From Amoeboaphelidium occidentale (taxonomy: Eukaryota): a stretch of 43,029 bases of DNA. Under the pieces are notes generated by a model that was not told the origin of the DNA, made no database searches, and saw nothing but the letters and a program-made list of their open reading frames with translations. Made by a program: the position numbers and the translations under genes. How positions within the stretch are numbered: position 1 is the stretch's first letter; every line of letters starts with the position of its first letter. Shown one piece after another: positions 12,586 through 24,320 of the stretch. The stretch spans positions 1 to 43,029 of the forward strand of contig JALGPX010000094.1 in NCBI GenBank assembly GCA_023515795.1. The letters run 5' to 3'.

Positions 12586-15126
12586 TTATTGCAGCGGCCT
12601 GAAATAGTAAGGACCTTGTCCTGGTTGTTGTCCTTGTGGATTATACGCTTGAGGCTGCGGCATTGCTTGCGCGTTGTTATTGTAGTAAACTGGTCTTGAC
12701 GGATCCCACTGGGCATTTGGAGGAGTTTGTTGAGAGTACATTGGTGCAGGGGGTGCTGCTGTTGGTTGATTTGAATAATATCCAGGAACTTGATTAAATT
12801 GTTGCTGATATGTCGGAGGTTGTGGTTGTTGATACGGGTTTCCAGATGCTGCCGATTGAGAAATATCACGTAGGAGTTCCTTCTTCTCCAAACCTCTAGC
12901 TGCAGCGAAATCAGTGACTCTTCCTTTCAGTGTTCTAAGTATTTCTCCAAGTTTTGAATAGAAAGCTATTCCTTCCTTGAAATTTTCTGAAAGTTCTTTA
13001 AATGCAGCGTAACCAAGAGCCAAATTTTGTAAGGCGCCTTGTCTTTGCTTGAAAGTGTCATTCTCTTTGACCACCTTTTTGAATTCTTCATGGCAGTGCT
13101 TGACTTGATCAGTCCAATTGGTCTGATTGTGGATTGTTTCTTTGACAGCGTTGTCGAATGCCTCATATTTTTGCAGCTGTTGTTGGAAAAGTGTTTCATA
13201 ATTCGACTCGCCTCTTCCAAAATGTTCGAGAAGTGCAGTTGCTAATAATTAAATGATCAACGAGAGATAACTTACTAATATCATCTTGTGATTGTAATTG
13301 TTTCAATTTAGTAACAACTTCGGACCTTCTTCTCTGTAAATCATTTCCAGCTTGCAAAACACTGTGTAAGTTTTGTACTGCTGGCTCTCTCAGCTGATGG
13401 CTAGTCGATGCAACACTAGCTGGAATGGTTGCTTCCAGTTCATCTTTACTACCACTCAAAGCATCAATGTAATGAATACTCTTTTCAAATTTCTTCAAAA
13501 CCAGAACATCACTATCTCCCGCAGCTTTCAATTTTTCCTTGTTGACCTTCACTTTCTCTTTCAATTCTTGTTGTAGAACGTTTGAAGGAGTTCTAATCCA
13601 CTTTTCGCGGAAGGTATTCCTACACTCAAGATCCTCTTTTTCTTCCTCGTTTAACGCAAATTCAATCTCTTCGATAATCTTTTTATCCTCGGAAGACAGC
13701 ATATTTAAAGTCATTAGATTCTGTTTGATTCCTTGAGCGCCACCGTTGGCTCTGATTTCATTTGACTTTTCTAAAATATCAGCAGGGATGCCCTGGGGCT
13801 GTAAAAATGCCTGCAAAGCACCGGGAAGACCCATTCCAGCCAAGAAGGTGTTATAATTTGAGTCTGCCTGAGTAGCAGAGTCTAAAATTGCCTTTACTAT
13901 ATTCTGTTTACGGTCGTTATAGATTTGCAATTGCTGTTGAACCGCTGCTGGAGTAAGCCCTTTGAACAACTCCCTGCCAATTACAGCTTTGTAGTCATCC
14001 AATTTAAAAGCAGCGACCTGAGCTAGAGCGGCCTTTTCCAAAACAGGGAGATTATTCTCCTCTGGAACAATCTCAAGGTAAATAACGTCGTTATCTTTCT
14101 CAGCCCGTTTCAACTGCACCTGACAACCTTCCATCAACTCCTTTATCTCGGAATTCAAATTCTGGTTAGCATATTTCAAATCCAGGGCTTTTTTGTATTG
14201 GCCTATTGCAGCCTTCAGAAACGCAACTTGCAAGCCAAACTTATTCTGTGCAAAAACATCAGAGGCCTTTCTTTGATAAGCAAGCGCATTTAAATAGAAT
14301 ATTTTTAGATTCAATGCACTTAGGAAGTCATTTCCATAAACACTCTTTCCCCCTTCATTTGTTTGAACCAAAGCTTCGGAATACATTTCTGCACATTTAA
14401 CTGCCAGTTTAGAAATAGTTCCATCTTTAACTTTGTTCTCCAACTTCTGGTCAAGAATAGCCTTATGAACAAAACATTCCTGTGCCAGAGCCAAGTGCAT
14501 ATTAACCAAAACAGTCAAAACATGCGCCTGTAGTTCCACAGCAACGCTTCCAGTAGAAATTGACTGAAGCATCCCTGAATATAAACTCTTAATTTCTTCG
14601 AATACCCCTGCGGCTAATTGAAAGTATCGTGCAGATTTCTTTAGTGCTTCTGCGTTGCTGCGTTGTTGAAACGACTGAGATCCAAGCAAATTGTACATCA
14701 CGCCAACATTGAACAGAACATGAGCCTTTTCCGAAGTAACTGAAAATGAAGAGACTATTCAAATTAACTCTTTCGGTTTTGTGTAGAAACTTGCCTGGTT
14801 TCTTTCTGCCCTTCTCAAAAGCAGAGTACCAACGGAAATTCAAACGTATTGCATTCTCTTCGATCGGTAGCTTTGCCGATACTGCACACAGTTGACCGTA
14901 ATACCTTCATAATGAGTTATGACCCCTTACGTAAATACCTTAGTAATTTGTTAAGGCTGTTCTCGTGCACCTCCGGAGTCTGACATTCCACTCGTAATTG
15001 ATGCAATTCTTTGATGTCTGCCTCGTACTTTTGAAAGTCCACAGCATTGGAAGACGCAAAATATTCCGCCACTGTCTTGTCCAGTGGCACGGGGTCAGTT
15101 GGTTTGAAGTTCAGCGAAAGGCTCAT
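12586..15126 (-). CDS. BRO1-domain ESCRT adaptor (PalA/Rim20/ALIX family)
   Basis: LLRYYGQL, FRWYSAF, EKAHVLFNVG, FQLAAGVF, LALAQECF and AEKDNDVIY, then a V domain ending EGIAFYSKL and a Pro/Gln/Tyr-rich tail. Three introns, including a GC-AG intron at 14755-14794. Confidence 0.92.
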
Positions 15127-15141
15127 CCTTTTTGCACACTG

Positions 15142-15797
15142 ATGACAACAGGCACGAAACAAACTGAAAAGTTGGGAGAATATTTACTCAGGGGATGGGT
15201 ACTCCGTTTTCTAGTAAAAATTTTCTGATGATATTCTGTAGATAATGACTGCGGATGGTTGTTACTCGTGTAATGTACGTTTGGAATATTGAGGGATTTT
15301 TCTAATTGTAGTGCCCACTAATGCGAGATCCTCAGAAAGACACAGCGACATGCGTAGTATGCGATAATATGCCGCAAGCCAAAGATCTTTATGAAGAGAA
15401 TACTGAAGTGAAAACGGTTACGGCTAGGCCCACGAAGGATACTCCAAAAGTTAAGAACACGAGCGATCTATTGGGAGAGTATCTTTTGAAAGGATGGAAG
15501 ATGCTTAACAAAGCCTGTGTTAATTGCTACACGCCGATAATGCAGTCGCGATCTGGAGAAGAGATTTGTGTTCAATGTGATCTTGTTGCTTCAATCCCCA
15601 AAGAACAGCCCGTGATTGTTGAGACGCCCACAGAAATCAAACATGGGCCATCTTCAGTCACGGATTTATTGAACGAAACGCTTTCAGAATCAGCAAGACA
15701 TTTGAGATCAATATGCTCAAAGGATCCAGCACAAAGCAAGTTGATTCTTGAAAATATGCATTCCATCGTTGCTTTGTTAAAGCTTTTAGAGAAATAA
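15142..15797 (+). CDS. SSSCA1/ZNRD2-like zinc-ribbon protein with two repeats
   Basis: Two copies of LGEYLL[RK]GW.M....C..C..P[LI]M...C..C. Introns approximately 15199-15241 and 15276-15311. Confidence 0.85.
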
Positions 15798-15827
15798 AAT
15801 GCTTTTCTGTAGATAAAACTTTAGTAA

Positions 15828-16948
15828 TCAGAATAATCTGTTCCCAGTCGCCCAGTCCATTGAAGGGATCCAGAAAGCTAGATTTACACACGCTGAGGCC
15901 ATCATTAAATATCGCGGATTGAATGCGACACATGAAACAGCAGCTGGATGTCCAGTAAATTCCTTTACTTTCTTGCCACTTGCAACTTCCCATGCATGAA
16001 CTATGCCATCTTGAGAACCGCCAAAAATATACCTTCCATCAGGTGAAAATGATGCTTCAATGTTCAACTGTGTTTTGTTCTGGAAACCTGACAGCGTGTG
16101 TTTCAAAGTATAAGTGAAGGAATCTAAGACGTAAATCTTCTCTTGCCTAGTTGTTATCAGCATATCACAACCATTATTGCTGAATTTAATTCCAGACCAT
16201 TTCTCATCCTTGCCAAACATGTTTGGAGTGTTCGCGACAGGTATCATACCAAAAGGACCCTAAAATAAGGCAAACCAAGCTAAAATTACCTTTTCGAAAT
16301 TCCTTATATCATAAAGCCGAACAGAATTATTTTCCAGGCCAACTGCAAAGACCAAGCCTCTGTGATCAATAGCAACTGACGGGTATCCCTTGACATGAAC
16401 CAAACCACTACAATTATTCGATCTCAAATCCCATAGCCGCACACTATCATCAACAGCAGCAGATATGAAAGTATCATTTACAGGAGACATATCAAGTGAC
16501 ACAACCCTACAGCATAAATACCACAAAACCTTTACCATTGAATAATTACTTGTTCTTATGCCCTTTGAAGTATCTGAGATATCTGTTATCATGCAATGAG
16601 AGGTATCGTATCGTGTCTACATATTCCGGAAAGATGTTGAGTTTATCTCCATGCCTAGCGAGCTAACGTACCGTCCTCTTTAGTCGATGAATGTATAATA
16701 GAATTTGAAGTATGTGCGAATTTGCATAATTTTATGCCGTACTTCTTTGAATACAGAATCTTCTTCTCTTTGCCGAACCTGCAGTCGTAAAGGCCAATAG
16801 ATTCATCCTCTGATGCGGTGACCAAATATTCCCCGGTATCATCAAAGTCGATGCACGTTATGTGTTTCTTATTGTATTTAAAGACTTTTCCCACTGCCAT
16901 CGACTGAAGAACGTTCAGCGAGAGTTCTTGTTGAAGATTGTCATCCAT
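15828..16948 (-). CDS. SWD2: WD40 protein Swd2/WDR82 (COMPASS/CPF subunit)
   Basis: [41 protein letters not shown] and EASFSPDG. Three introns. Confidence 0.95.
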
Positions 16949-17022
16949 GTCGCAAAGATCAAGGCGAGAAATTGGTGCGAAATTACGGTTGTTTCGCTGT
17001 GCAAGTTCTGGTTTGTCTTAGA

Positions 17023-18415
17023 ATGAGTTGGGTTGCTGTATTACAAGACTATTTGAGTGATGCTAATCGACCAGCTGAGGCATATCATGATGGTTCTGCA
17101 ATAACAGCAAGACATGGAGTTTATGATCATTCTGCTACGCTTAACAAGGAACTCAACAAAACAAGAAACAATAATCATATACCAACATTCTTTGTAAAGA
17201 AAAGAGATAATGTTCTTGGTAAACAGTTGAGGAAGGCGTCCAAAGAACATTTTATTAGTCAAAAGAATGATATGGTGCTTTCGAATGAAGATCTTGATAT
17301 GGTTCTACAGCGACTTCAGGATAAAGCGACCAGGAAGGACGGTACAGAAAAGATCAGCTATGAAAAGTACGCAGAAGTTGGAGAAGGTCTGCCATTGAAG
17401 TTCAGGGATTTCTTTAAACCGTCCATCTTCCTGCGATTCAAGCATGATGATGAAGGTCGCATTGAAGTGATGCCATTGTTTAACTTCATCCTTAGATGTG
17501 CCTCTATTCAACAGGAACGAGTATGTATTGCTGCTTACGATCATTCTGGTGATGGCTACTTGACAGAGGATGACTTGGAGAGCTATCTTAATGAGTTGAT
17601 TCCTACATTTCCGCAACTAGATCAGATGGAACAAGGATTTCTAGCGTTTTATTTATGTGGAGCAACCAGGAAATTCTACTTTTTCCTGGACACTCAAAGA
17701 ACAGGTTCACATCTTAACGATTAAAACTAACAGCCTTAGGAAAGATTATGATCAAAGATATAATTCTGTCTCCGATTCTGTCAGAATTCTTTGAACTTCA
17801 GCAACAAGAACTTGATCCAGGACTCCTTTTATCAAACTGGTTCTCAATGTACTCTTCTTTAAAAGTTTATGGTAAGTACTTGAATATTTTTATTTCGTAA
17901 CTTTTAAGGGCAATATGTTGATTTAGATGTTGATCGCAATGGAATGTTAAGTTGTGATGAATTAGCGCAGTTCGCCAAAGGTCGTTACAATCGACTTATA
18001 ATTGAACGAGTATTTCAAGAATGTCAGACTTACTCAGCAGAAATCGATTATAAGAATTATCTGGACTTTGTTCTGGCAATTAATGACTTGCACAATCCTA
18101 GATCTTTATCGTATTTCTTCAAGCTTTTGGATTTAAGAGGTCAGGGATATCTTGATGATGCTGTTTTGATTTATTTTGTTAAAGAACTAGCTTCAAGGAT
18201 ACCAGCTATTCCATTCATTGTAAAAGATTTCCTGGTAAGCTTTCATTTCAGTGTTCATAACCATCTGTTTCTAGAACGAAGTGTTCGATATGGCCAACAC
18301 CAAACATGAAAGGATGATCACATATCAGAACCTCGTCAGCTGTGGGGTGGGCGGTTCAATTATAAGTTTATTGATCGATTCTCAAGCCTTTACAGCTAAC
18401 TTGAATAAAGACTAG
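17023..18415 (+). CDS. PPP2R3C: PP2A regulatory subunit B'' gamma (EF-hand protein)
   Basis: IPTFF, LRKASKEHF, YDHSGDGYLTEDDLESY, RKFYFFLD, NWFS, IERVFQECQTY..EIDYKNYLDFVLA and EVFDM. Three short introns. Confidence 0.88.
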
Positions 18416-18432
18416 GCATTCATGTTTTTGAA

Positions 18433-19365
18433 ATGATGATCAAAGAGATTGGGATCTTCCTTGCAGGATCGCTAATAGCAACCACGTCATGTATGCTGTA
18501 CATTACATACTGCTCAGATTCTTTGAAAAGTACCCGTAAAGAGTCATTATCTGGATCAGCCTCAAGTAAAAAGGATAGTGATGAAGTTCTGGAACGTGAA
18601 CAGTTGTCGCGTATTTACGCATTCTTTAATGAGGAGGGTATGGAACATGTGAGAAAAGCTTTTGTAGTTGTGGTTGGGGCTGGCGGTGTTGGAAGTCATT
18701 GCGCGTTGCATTTACTGCGATCTGGTGTTGGCAAAATTAGGATTATTGATTTCGATCAAGTTACGCTCAGTTCTCTGAACAGACACGCTACTGCGACGAG
18801 GGCAGATGTTGGTACACCAAAAGTTATTGCGATGAATAAGGCATTTGAGAAGATACTGCCTTCTACAGAAATTGATGCTCGTGTTGAAATGTTCAATGAA
18901 TCCAACGCTGATGAATTACTCTCTGGAAGTCCAGATTTCGTTGTAGACGCTATTGATAACATCGAAACAAAGATTGCACTATTGAAATACTGCTATGATC
19001 ACAATATTAAAGTGATCAGCTCAATGGGCTCAGCTTGCAAAAGCGATCCTTCATGCGTGCAAATTGCAGATATCAGCAAGACCAACGAAGATCGTTTAGC
19101 CAAAACGGTTAGATACAAACTAAAGAAAGCTGGTATATCAAAAGGAATTCCTGTTATATTTTCCACTGAAAGGCCTGATGTTGAAATTATGCCATTATAC
19201 GAAGAAACAAAGGATAATCCAAAAGAATTTGCCGCACTGCCGAATTTCAGAGTTAGGATTCTACCTGTTCTCGGTCCATTGCCTGCCATTTTTGGATCAG
19301 GCCTTGCTGCTTATGTTCTTAAATGTCTCGGTCACTCAAAGCTACCTGAAAAACAAAAGATTTAA
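18433..19365 (+). CDS. TCD1: tRNA threonylcarbamoyladenosine dehydratase (ThiF/E1-like, Tcd1/Tcd2)
   Basis: N-terminal hydrophobic anchor, EQLSR..AFF, VGAGGVGSH, DFDQVTLSSLNRHA, DAIDN and FRVRILPVLG. Confidence 0.9.
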   Translation: MMIKEIGIFLAGSLIATTSCMLYITYCSDSLKSTRKESLSGSASSKKDSDEVLEREQLSRIYAFFNEEGMEHVRKAFVVVVGAGGVGSHCALHLLRSGVGKIRIIDFDQVTLSSLNRHATATRADVGTPKVIAMNKAFEKILPSTEIDARVEMFNESNADELLSGSPDFVVDAIDNIETKIALLKYCYDHNIKVISSMGSACKSDPSCVQIADISKTNEDRLAKTVRYKLKKAGISKGIPVIFSTERPDVEIMPLYEETKDNPKEFAALPNFRVRILPVLGPLPAIFGSGLAAYVLKCLGHSKLPEKQKI

Positions 19366-19386
19366 TTAATAGAAAAGAAGATCCAA

Positions 19387-20842
19387 TTAAATGTCTTTGA
19401 CTTTTAGATGCCCTTCCTTTGATGTGAAAATACTCCTTAGCTTTTCTGCTAGAGCTCTTCCTAATCGACGATTGGAGTTCTCTCGTGTCAACTAAAAGAT
19501 TAGAATCGCAAGTATCAATGTAGCCTTACGCATATGTGCTCTATCCTTGATGAACCATATAATTTCAATTCTTTGTACAGACTTAAGAATGTTGGAAAAT
19601 GTCGCACTATTGCTTTAGAAACAGCTGGCGTGATTCCAGATACTTGTTCCAACATTCTCTCCCAAGTTTCAGCAGGTGTCTTCCCCGATGGACCCATGTC
19701 TTCTACAGAAAATTGCAGCACTTGCTCAGCTTTGTTGAATTTTTGGTATGCGCCCCATGAAATAGTTTTTGCATAAGTGATCATCCACTCGGAAATTGTT
19801 TCATCTCGATCCAGAACAATTACGTGACACAGTTTCTTGCATTGAAGACTTAATAACGCTCTACTTATCTGCTCCCTATCCGGCAAATCTAATGGTGTGA
19901 CGATTCCATCTTTGAACTGCTTATTCTGTAGTTGTTTCCTCTTGTAATAGTAGCGAGTCATGCCAGTTATGAGATATAGAACAAGCTTGTTTTGATGTGC
20001 AGCCTGAGTACTCTTTACATGATTTTCCAGACTATTCGTTGAGACCGACTGTGCTAATCTATCTGCATCCATAACTTTTATGACAAACTTTTCATCAAAC
20101 TTGTATGGAGCACAAGGCACAAAGCACTGAGATGACTCAAGCCATGTACGAGTGGCCTTCCGTTTTATCAATATTGTCCCCGGTATTTGGTGTGTTTTTA
20201 TCGCCGTTTCAACTTTAAACTGTTGGAAACATGGAACTAATTCTTCAATGATCTTGTCAGTCAAGCGAGAATCAAGTTCAATTATCAGTTCTTGTACGCA
20301 TTCATTCTTGTCGCTTAGTAACTTATTAGCAGTGCGAATGCCCTTTTGTCGTTCCTAAAATGGTATTGGTGCATTGACACGAAGAAACATACCTGTTCAG
20401 CCTGTTTTTCTTCTTTAGCTAAGCGCTTCTGCTCCTCCTTCGCCGCTTTCGCTTTAGCCTTTTCCTCAGCTCTTAGTCGCTTCTCTTCCTCCGAAATTTT
20501 AGTTTTTTTCTTCTTTGGTTTTGGCACATCTTGTTGGCTCGGGTTTAACTCAGTGTCGCTCTCAGACAAGTATATTAGAGAAGACTTCAAACTCTTCTTT
20601 TGAATGCTCCCTGTAACAGAACTTGAAGGTATATAGGCAGGTGCTGCGATATCATCCACAGGGTCCGAACATAAGTCGATTACAGTCTCTTTTGTAAGAG
20701 TTGTTTCAACTGTTAGTATGCTTTGAGATATAGAAGCAGTATAGCGGTATGGCTTTGCAACTGATACTCTGGTGCCTGTGATACTTGAAGGCATCACTGA
20801 GAGTTCCGGAAAAGAGTCATCTGAGCTATCACTCCCTAACAT
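19387..20842 (-). CDS. EME1: Crossover junction endonuclease subunit Eme1/Mms4
   Basis: Low-complexity N-terminus and a charged coil, then an inactive ERCC4-like domain (ISRALLSLQ). HhH region TWERMLEQVSGITPAVSKAIVRHFPT; last exon RRLGRALAEKLRSIFTS. Confidence 0.8.
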
Positions 20843-21112
20843 TTCTATGTGAACAACAAGTTCAGTTTTGTGCTTGAGAAACAAACACCAGTCAAGCTTG
20901 ACACTTCGCCTATTAGCCATTGATGAATGATCTCAGCTTGATGTTCATTCCTATGCATGATTTCCGCAAAATAAGAATTCATCCAGGTAGAAGTTGCTTC
21001 AAGGCGCAATTCTTTTCGCCTGCATAGAACCGTACAGTCTGGCGATCACACATCTCAAAATGAGCCTTCTTGAGCAAAACATTTTTATTAGATTCCTTTA
21101 GAAACCATAGTA

Positions 21113-21488
21113 TCAAGCGATATCAGTCAATACTTGTCTGTTTGAGTCCAGGTCATCATAGTTAACAGAGTTTTGTTCCTACAAGAAGATTAGAACCAGC
21201 GATCCGGTAACAAATAGTACCTCTTCTTCAATAAGCTTAGCTTCATCTACGTAGTATTGAAACTTTGACTGAGTAATGCCAAGGAAGTCTGCGAGCTTCA
21301 ATCCAACATAATCGATCCCTTCAAACGTTAGTTGATATATTCCACAATAGCGTCTACGAACCTGCCAAAACTGTCTCAGCGGCAGAGCTTGTTGCTGTCC
21401 AAAACTGGTCCATAAGATTACAGTCTAGAAAACTTTGCCTTGTGTCCAATCTGTTCATTTCAAACGTGTGAGTGGATTTTGCTTCCAT
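21113..21488 (-). CDS. FAM177-family small protein
   Basis: Splicing intron 21319-21361 and one at ~21179-21220 gives ETVLAGIDYVGLKLADFLGITQSKFQYYVDEAKLIEEEEQ, matching the FAM177 core (D..GE..A..LGI..PK[YF]QY..DE). The start could alternatively be 21413. Confidence 0.75.
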
Positions 21489-21554
21489 AGCAACGAAGTT
21501 CGCCGAGAAATATAATCGCACTCTGATCTTTAAATCCTTCTTTAGATTTGCATA

Positions 21555-23199
21555 ATGGTTCAAGTAGTTAAATGCACATCGGATGAAGTAAATTATGACA
21601 GGAAGATTGCCAACATGGCGAGTGAAGATAAGGAGCCGAAGGCACAACCATCAATCAGTCGCAGTAATGCAGGGAACACTGCAACGAAAACTCAAGACAA
21701 ATCTAATAGCTCTGCAAGGCCTGCAAAGAAACAAAAGGCGCCTGTGGATACGGATAAGGCTAAAAGAAGACGTATAGTCGAGGACAGCCCATCACCGGAA
21801 AGACCATCACCAGGACCAAAGCCGAAGCCTAAGCCCAAGCGCAAAGGCATGCAATTCTTTGATGATGTAAATGGCGCGAAAGATTCAGATGTCACGTTGC
21901 TTGGAGTCAAAGGGACCGTGGATATCACGACCCAAGCTCGCAGCAGCCCTCGAAAGAAGAGCAGGACAGTCGTGAGTAAGCTACCGGAAACGCCAGTATC
22001 TCCACCTCGTAATGCCAAGAAGAAACACAAAAGCGAGTCTGCTGGTACACCTGTTCTCACGGTGCATCGAAGAAAACGAAGGTATGGGTTTCTACCACTC
22101 GTTGATAAATCAGAACACATTTTTGGTTTTGTTAATTACGGAAACAACTGCTTCATTAATGCTTCACTTCAATGCCTCATGGCTTGTGAAAGTCTTGTTG
22201 GTTATTTTTACTCTAATGATTTCGCACAAGATTTAAACGTGAGTCCAACCAAAAAGAATGGACTAGTGGAAGGTTTGTATTGCAGCGATATGCAACTAAA
22301 CTTTAGGGTTTGCTGAGATGATCAAAAATGCGTACTCAAAGGAAACGTCTATTTTAGTTCCACAGACTCTTATAGATGAGTTTAAGAAGATCGCACCTCC
22401 AAAATTCGATTGCGATTTGCAGCAAGATTCTCAAGAGTTTCTAAGATTCTTGATTAGTGGTCTTCACGAGGAGGTCAACCGCGCGCCCTCCGGTACACCG
22501 TTTCCAGCTGTAGCATTAAGAAATGATAGCAAAAGGTAAATTTGAATATTATTAGGAATTACTGAATGTAGTGACGCCGAAATAGCCGAATCCGTTTGGT
22601 CTGGACTAAAGACACAGAACGACAGCATTCTATTTGACCTCTTTGCTGGTCTATTGAAATCTTCAATAAGGTGCCACAACTGCAACAACATTTCTACCAC
22701 ATTCGAATCATTCTGGGATCTTTCTCTTCCTATTCCACACGATACTAAACACTGTTCTTTAGAGGATTGCTTAATATTATTCGGAGCATCAGAGATTCTA
22801 GAGGATAAATACTTGTGCTCACGCTGTTTATCGGAACAGACAGCAGAGAAGCAATTCAGTATAGTCAAAGCACCAGAAATACTAATGATACACATCAAAC
22901 GATTTTCTCCGGGAAAACGCCGATGGATTAAGAACACTACTAAAGTCGATTATCCTTTAAAACTAGACACGGCTGCCATCAAGCCTTTACTTAGTGAAAA
23001 GAGTAAGGATAAATTTAATGGATATCGCCTCACTGGTGTCTGCTGCCACAAGGGAAACACGGCTGGCGGACATTATGTATCATACACCAAAAATTTCGAG
23101 GATTTAAAATGGTATAAACAAGACGACGAAAAGGTTTCACCCGCATGTGCTTCTGGGCATTCAACTACCGCATATATTTTGTTCTATCATAAGTTCTAA
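21555..23199 (+). CDS. Ubiquitin carboxyl-terminal hydrolase (USP/C19, USP2/8-like)
   Basis: Cys box GFVNYGNNCFINASLQCL, QQDSQEFL, FWDLSLPIP and His box HKGNTAGGHY, with a disordered basic N-terminus. Introns 22273-22306 and 22536-22571. The start may be 21615. Confidence 0.92.
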
Positions 23200-23283
23200 G
23201 TTTCAGCTAGTCGTTAATGAAAATGGCAATAGACCGTCTGCTTCGCTTTTTTCACATCATTTCTGTGATCCAAGCATTTCGAC

Positions 23284-24226
23284 ATGAGCTCTGGTGGAGG
23301 CAAAGCACGAATTGCCATATTTCCAACAAGAATGTATTTTAAATTAAATCGGAGTCTAATTACCTTTTGTATAATTCCAGGGCCTTGACGAATATGAAAG
23401 TGAAATTAAAAGGGGCTCAAACTGGACATTCACTTCTAAAGCGAAAGAGTAGATAATTCCTTAGAGGCACAGGATTCTTTTAACATTCAAAGGCGAGGCA
23501 CTTACTAAGCGCTTCAGAGAGATCGTTGGCAAGATCGAAGAAGCTAAAAGGAAAATCGGAAAAGTGATGCAAGCTGCTTCATTCAGTTACGCCGAGGTTG
23601 CGTATGTCGCTGGTGATATTGGATACCAAATAAGAGAGAATGTTAAGAAAGCGCAATTTAAAGTTAAAACGAGGTATGCCTTGACCTGCTTCATTAACTT
23701 ATCGGTTAGGCAAGAAAATGTTTCTGGTGTAATGTTGCCTGCTTTCGAGAAGTGGATAGAAGGCGGTAATTCCAATGAACTGACAGGATTATCAAAAGGT
23801 TACATTATTACTTTACCAGCTTCTTAATTTTGTGAAGGTGGGCAACAAGTTCAAAAGTGTAAAGCACAGTACACCGCTGCGCTAACGACACTCATTGATA
23901 TTGCATCGTTCCAGACAGCTTTTGTTATACTGGATGAAGTGATCAAGATGACCAACAGGAGAGTTAATGCAATTGAGTACGTGATCATTCCAAAGTACGA
24001 CAACACAATCAAATACATTCAATCGGAATTAGACGAAATTGAAAGAGAAGAATTCTTCAGACTTAAGAAGTTTCAAGGAAAGAAGAAAGAAGCTAAAGAG
24101 AGAGATGAAGCCCTTCTGGAAGCTAATAAGGCAGCGCATGTCAATGGCGCCACAGTTCCTGATTACGCAGCTGTCCCAAGTGCGCTAGACCTCCTCGACA
24201 AGAAGGATGATGACGTCATTTTTTAA
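23284..24226 (+). CDS. VMA8: V-type proton ATPase subunit D
   Basis: [57 protein letters not shown] and [15 protein letters not shown]. Four introns. Confidence 0.97.
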
Positions 24227-24320
24227 ATACGATAGCTTTACAGGAATAAATGCCGTTCCGTAAGTGTACTATTCGAACTGGTCGTGTAATATGAACTTTC
24301 TTTCTCAAGTTGAAACAGCC

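Noticed and set aside
20843..21112. Larger intergenic region with several short hairpins and a TGATGA box; possible snoRNA or snRNA
   Set aside because: No matching D box or recognisable snRNA motif was found. An Rfam cmscan would be needed.
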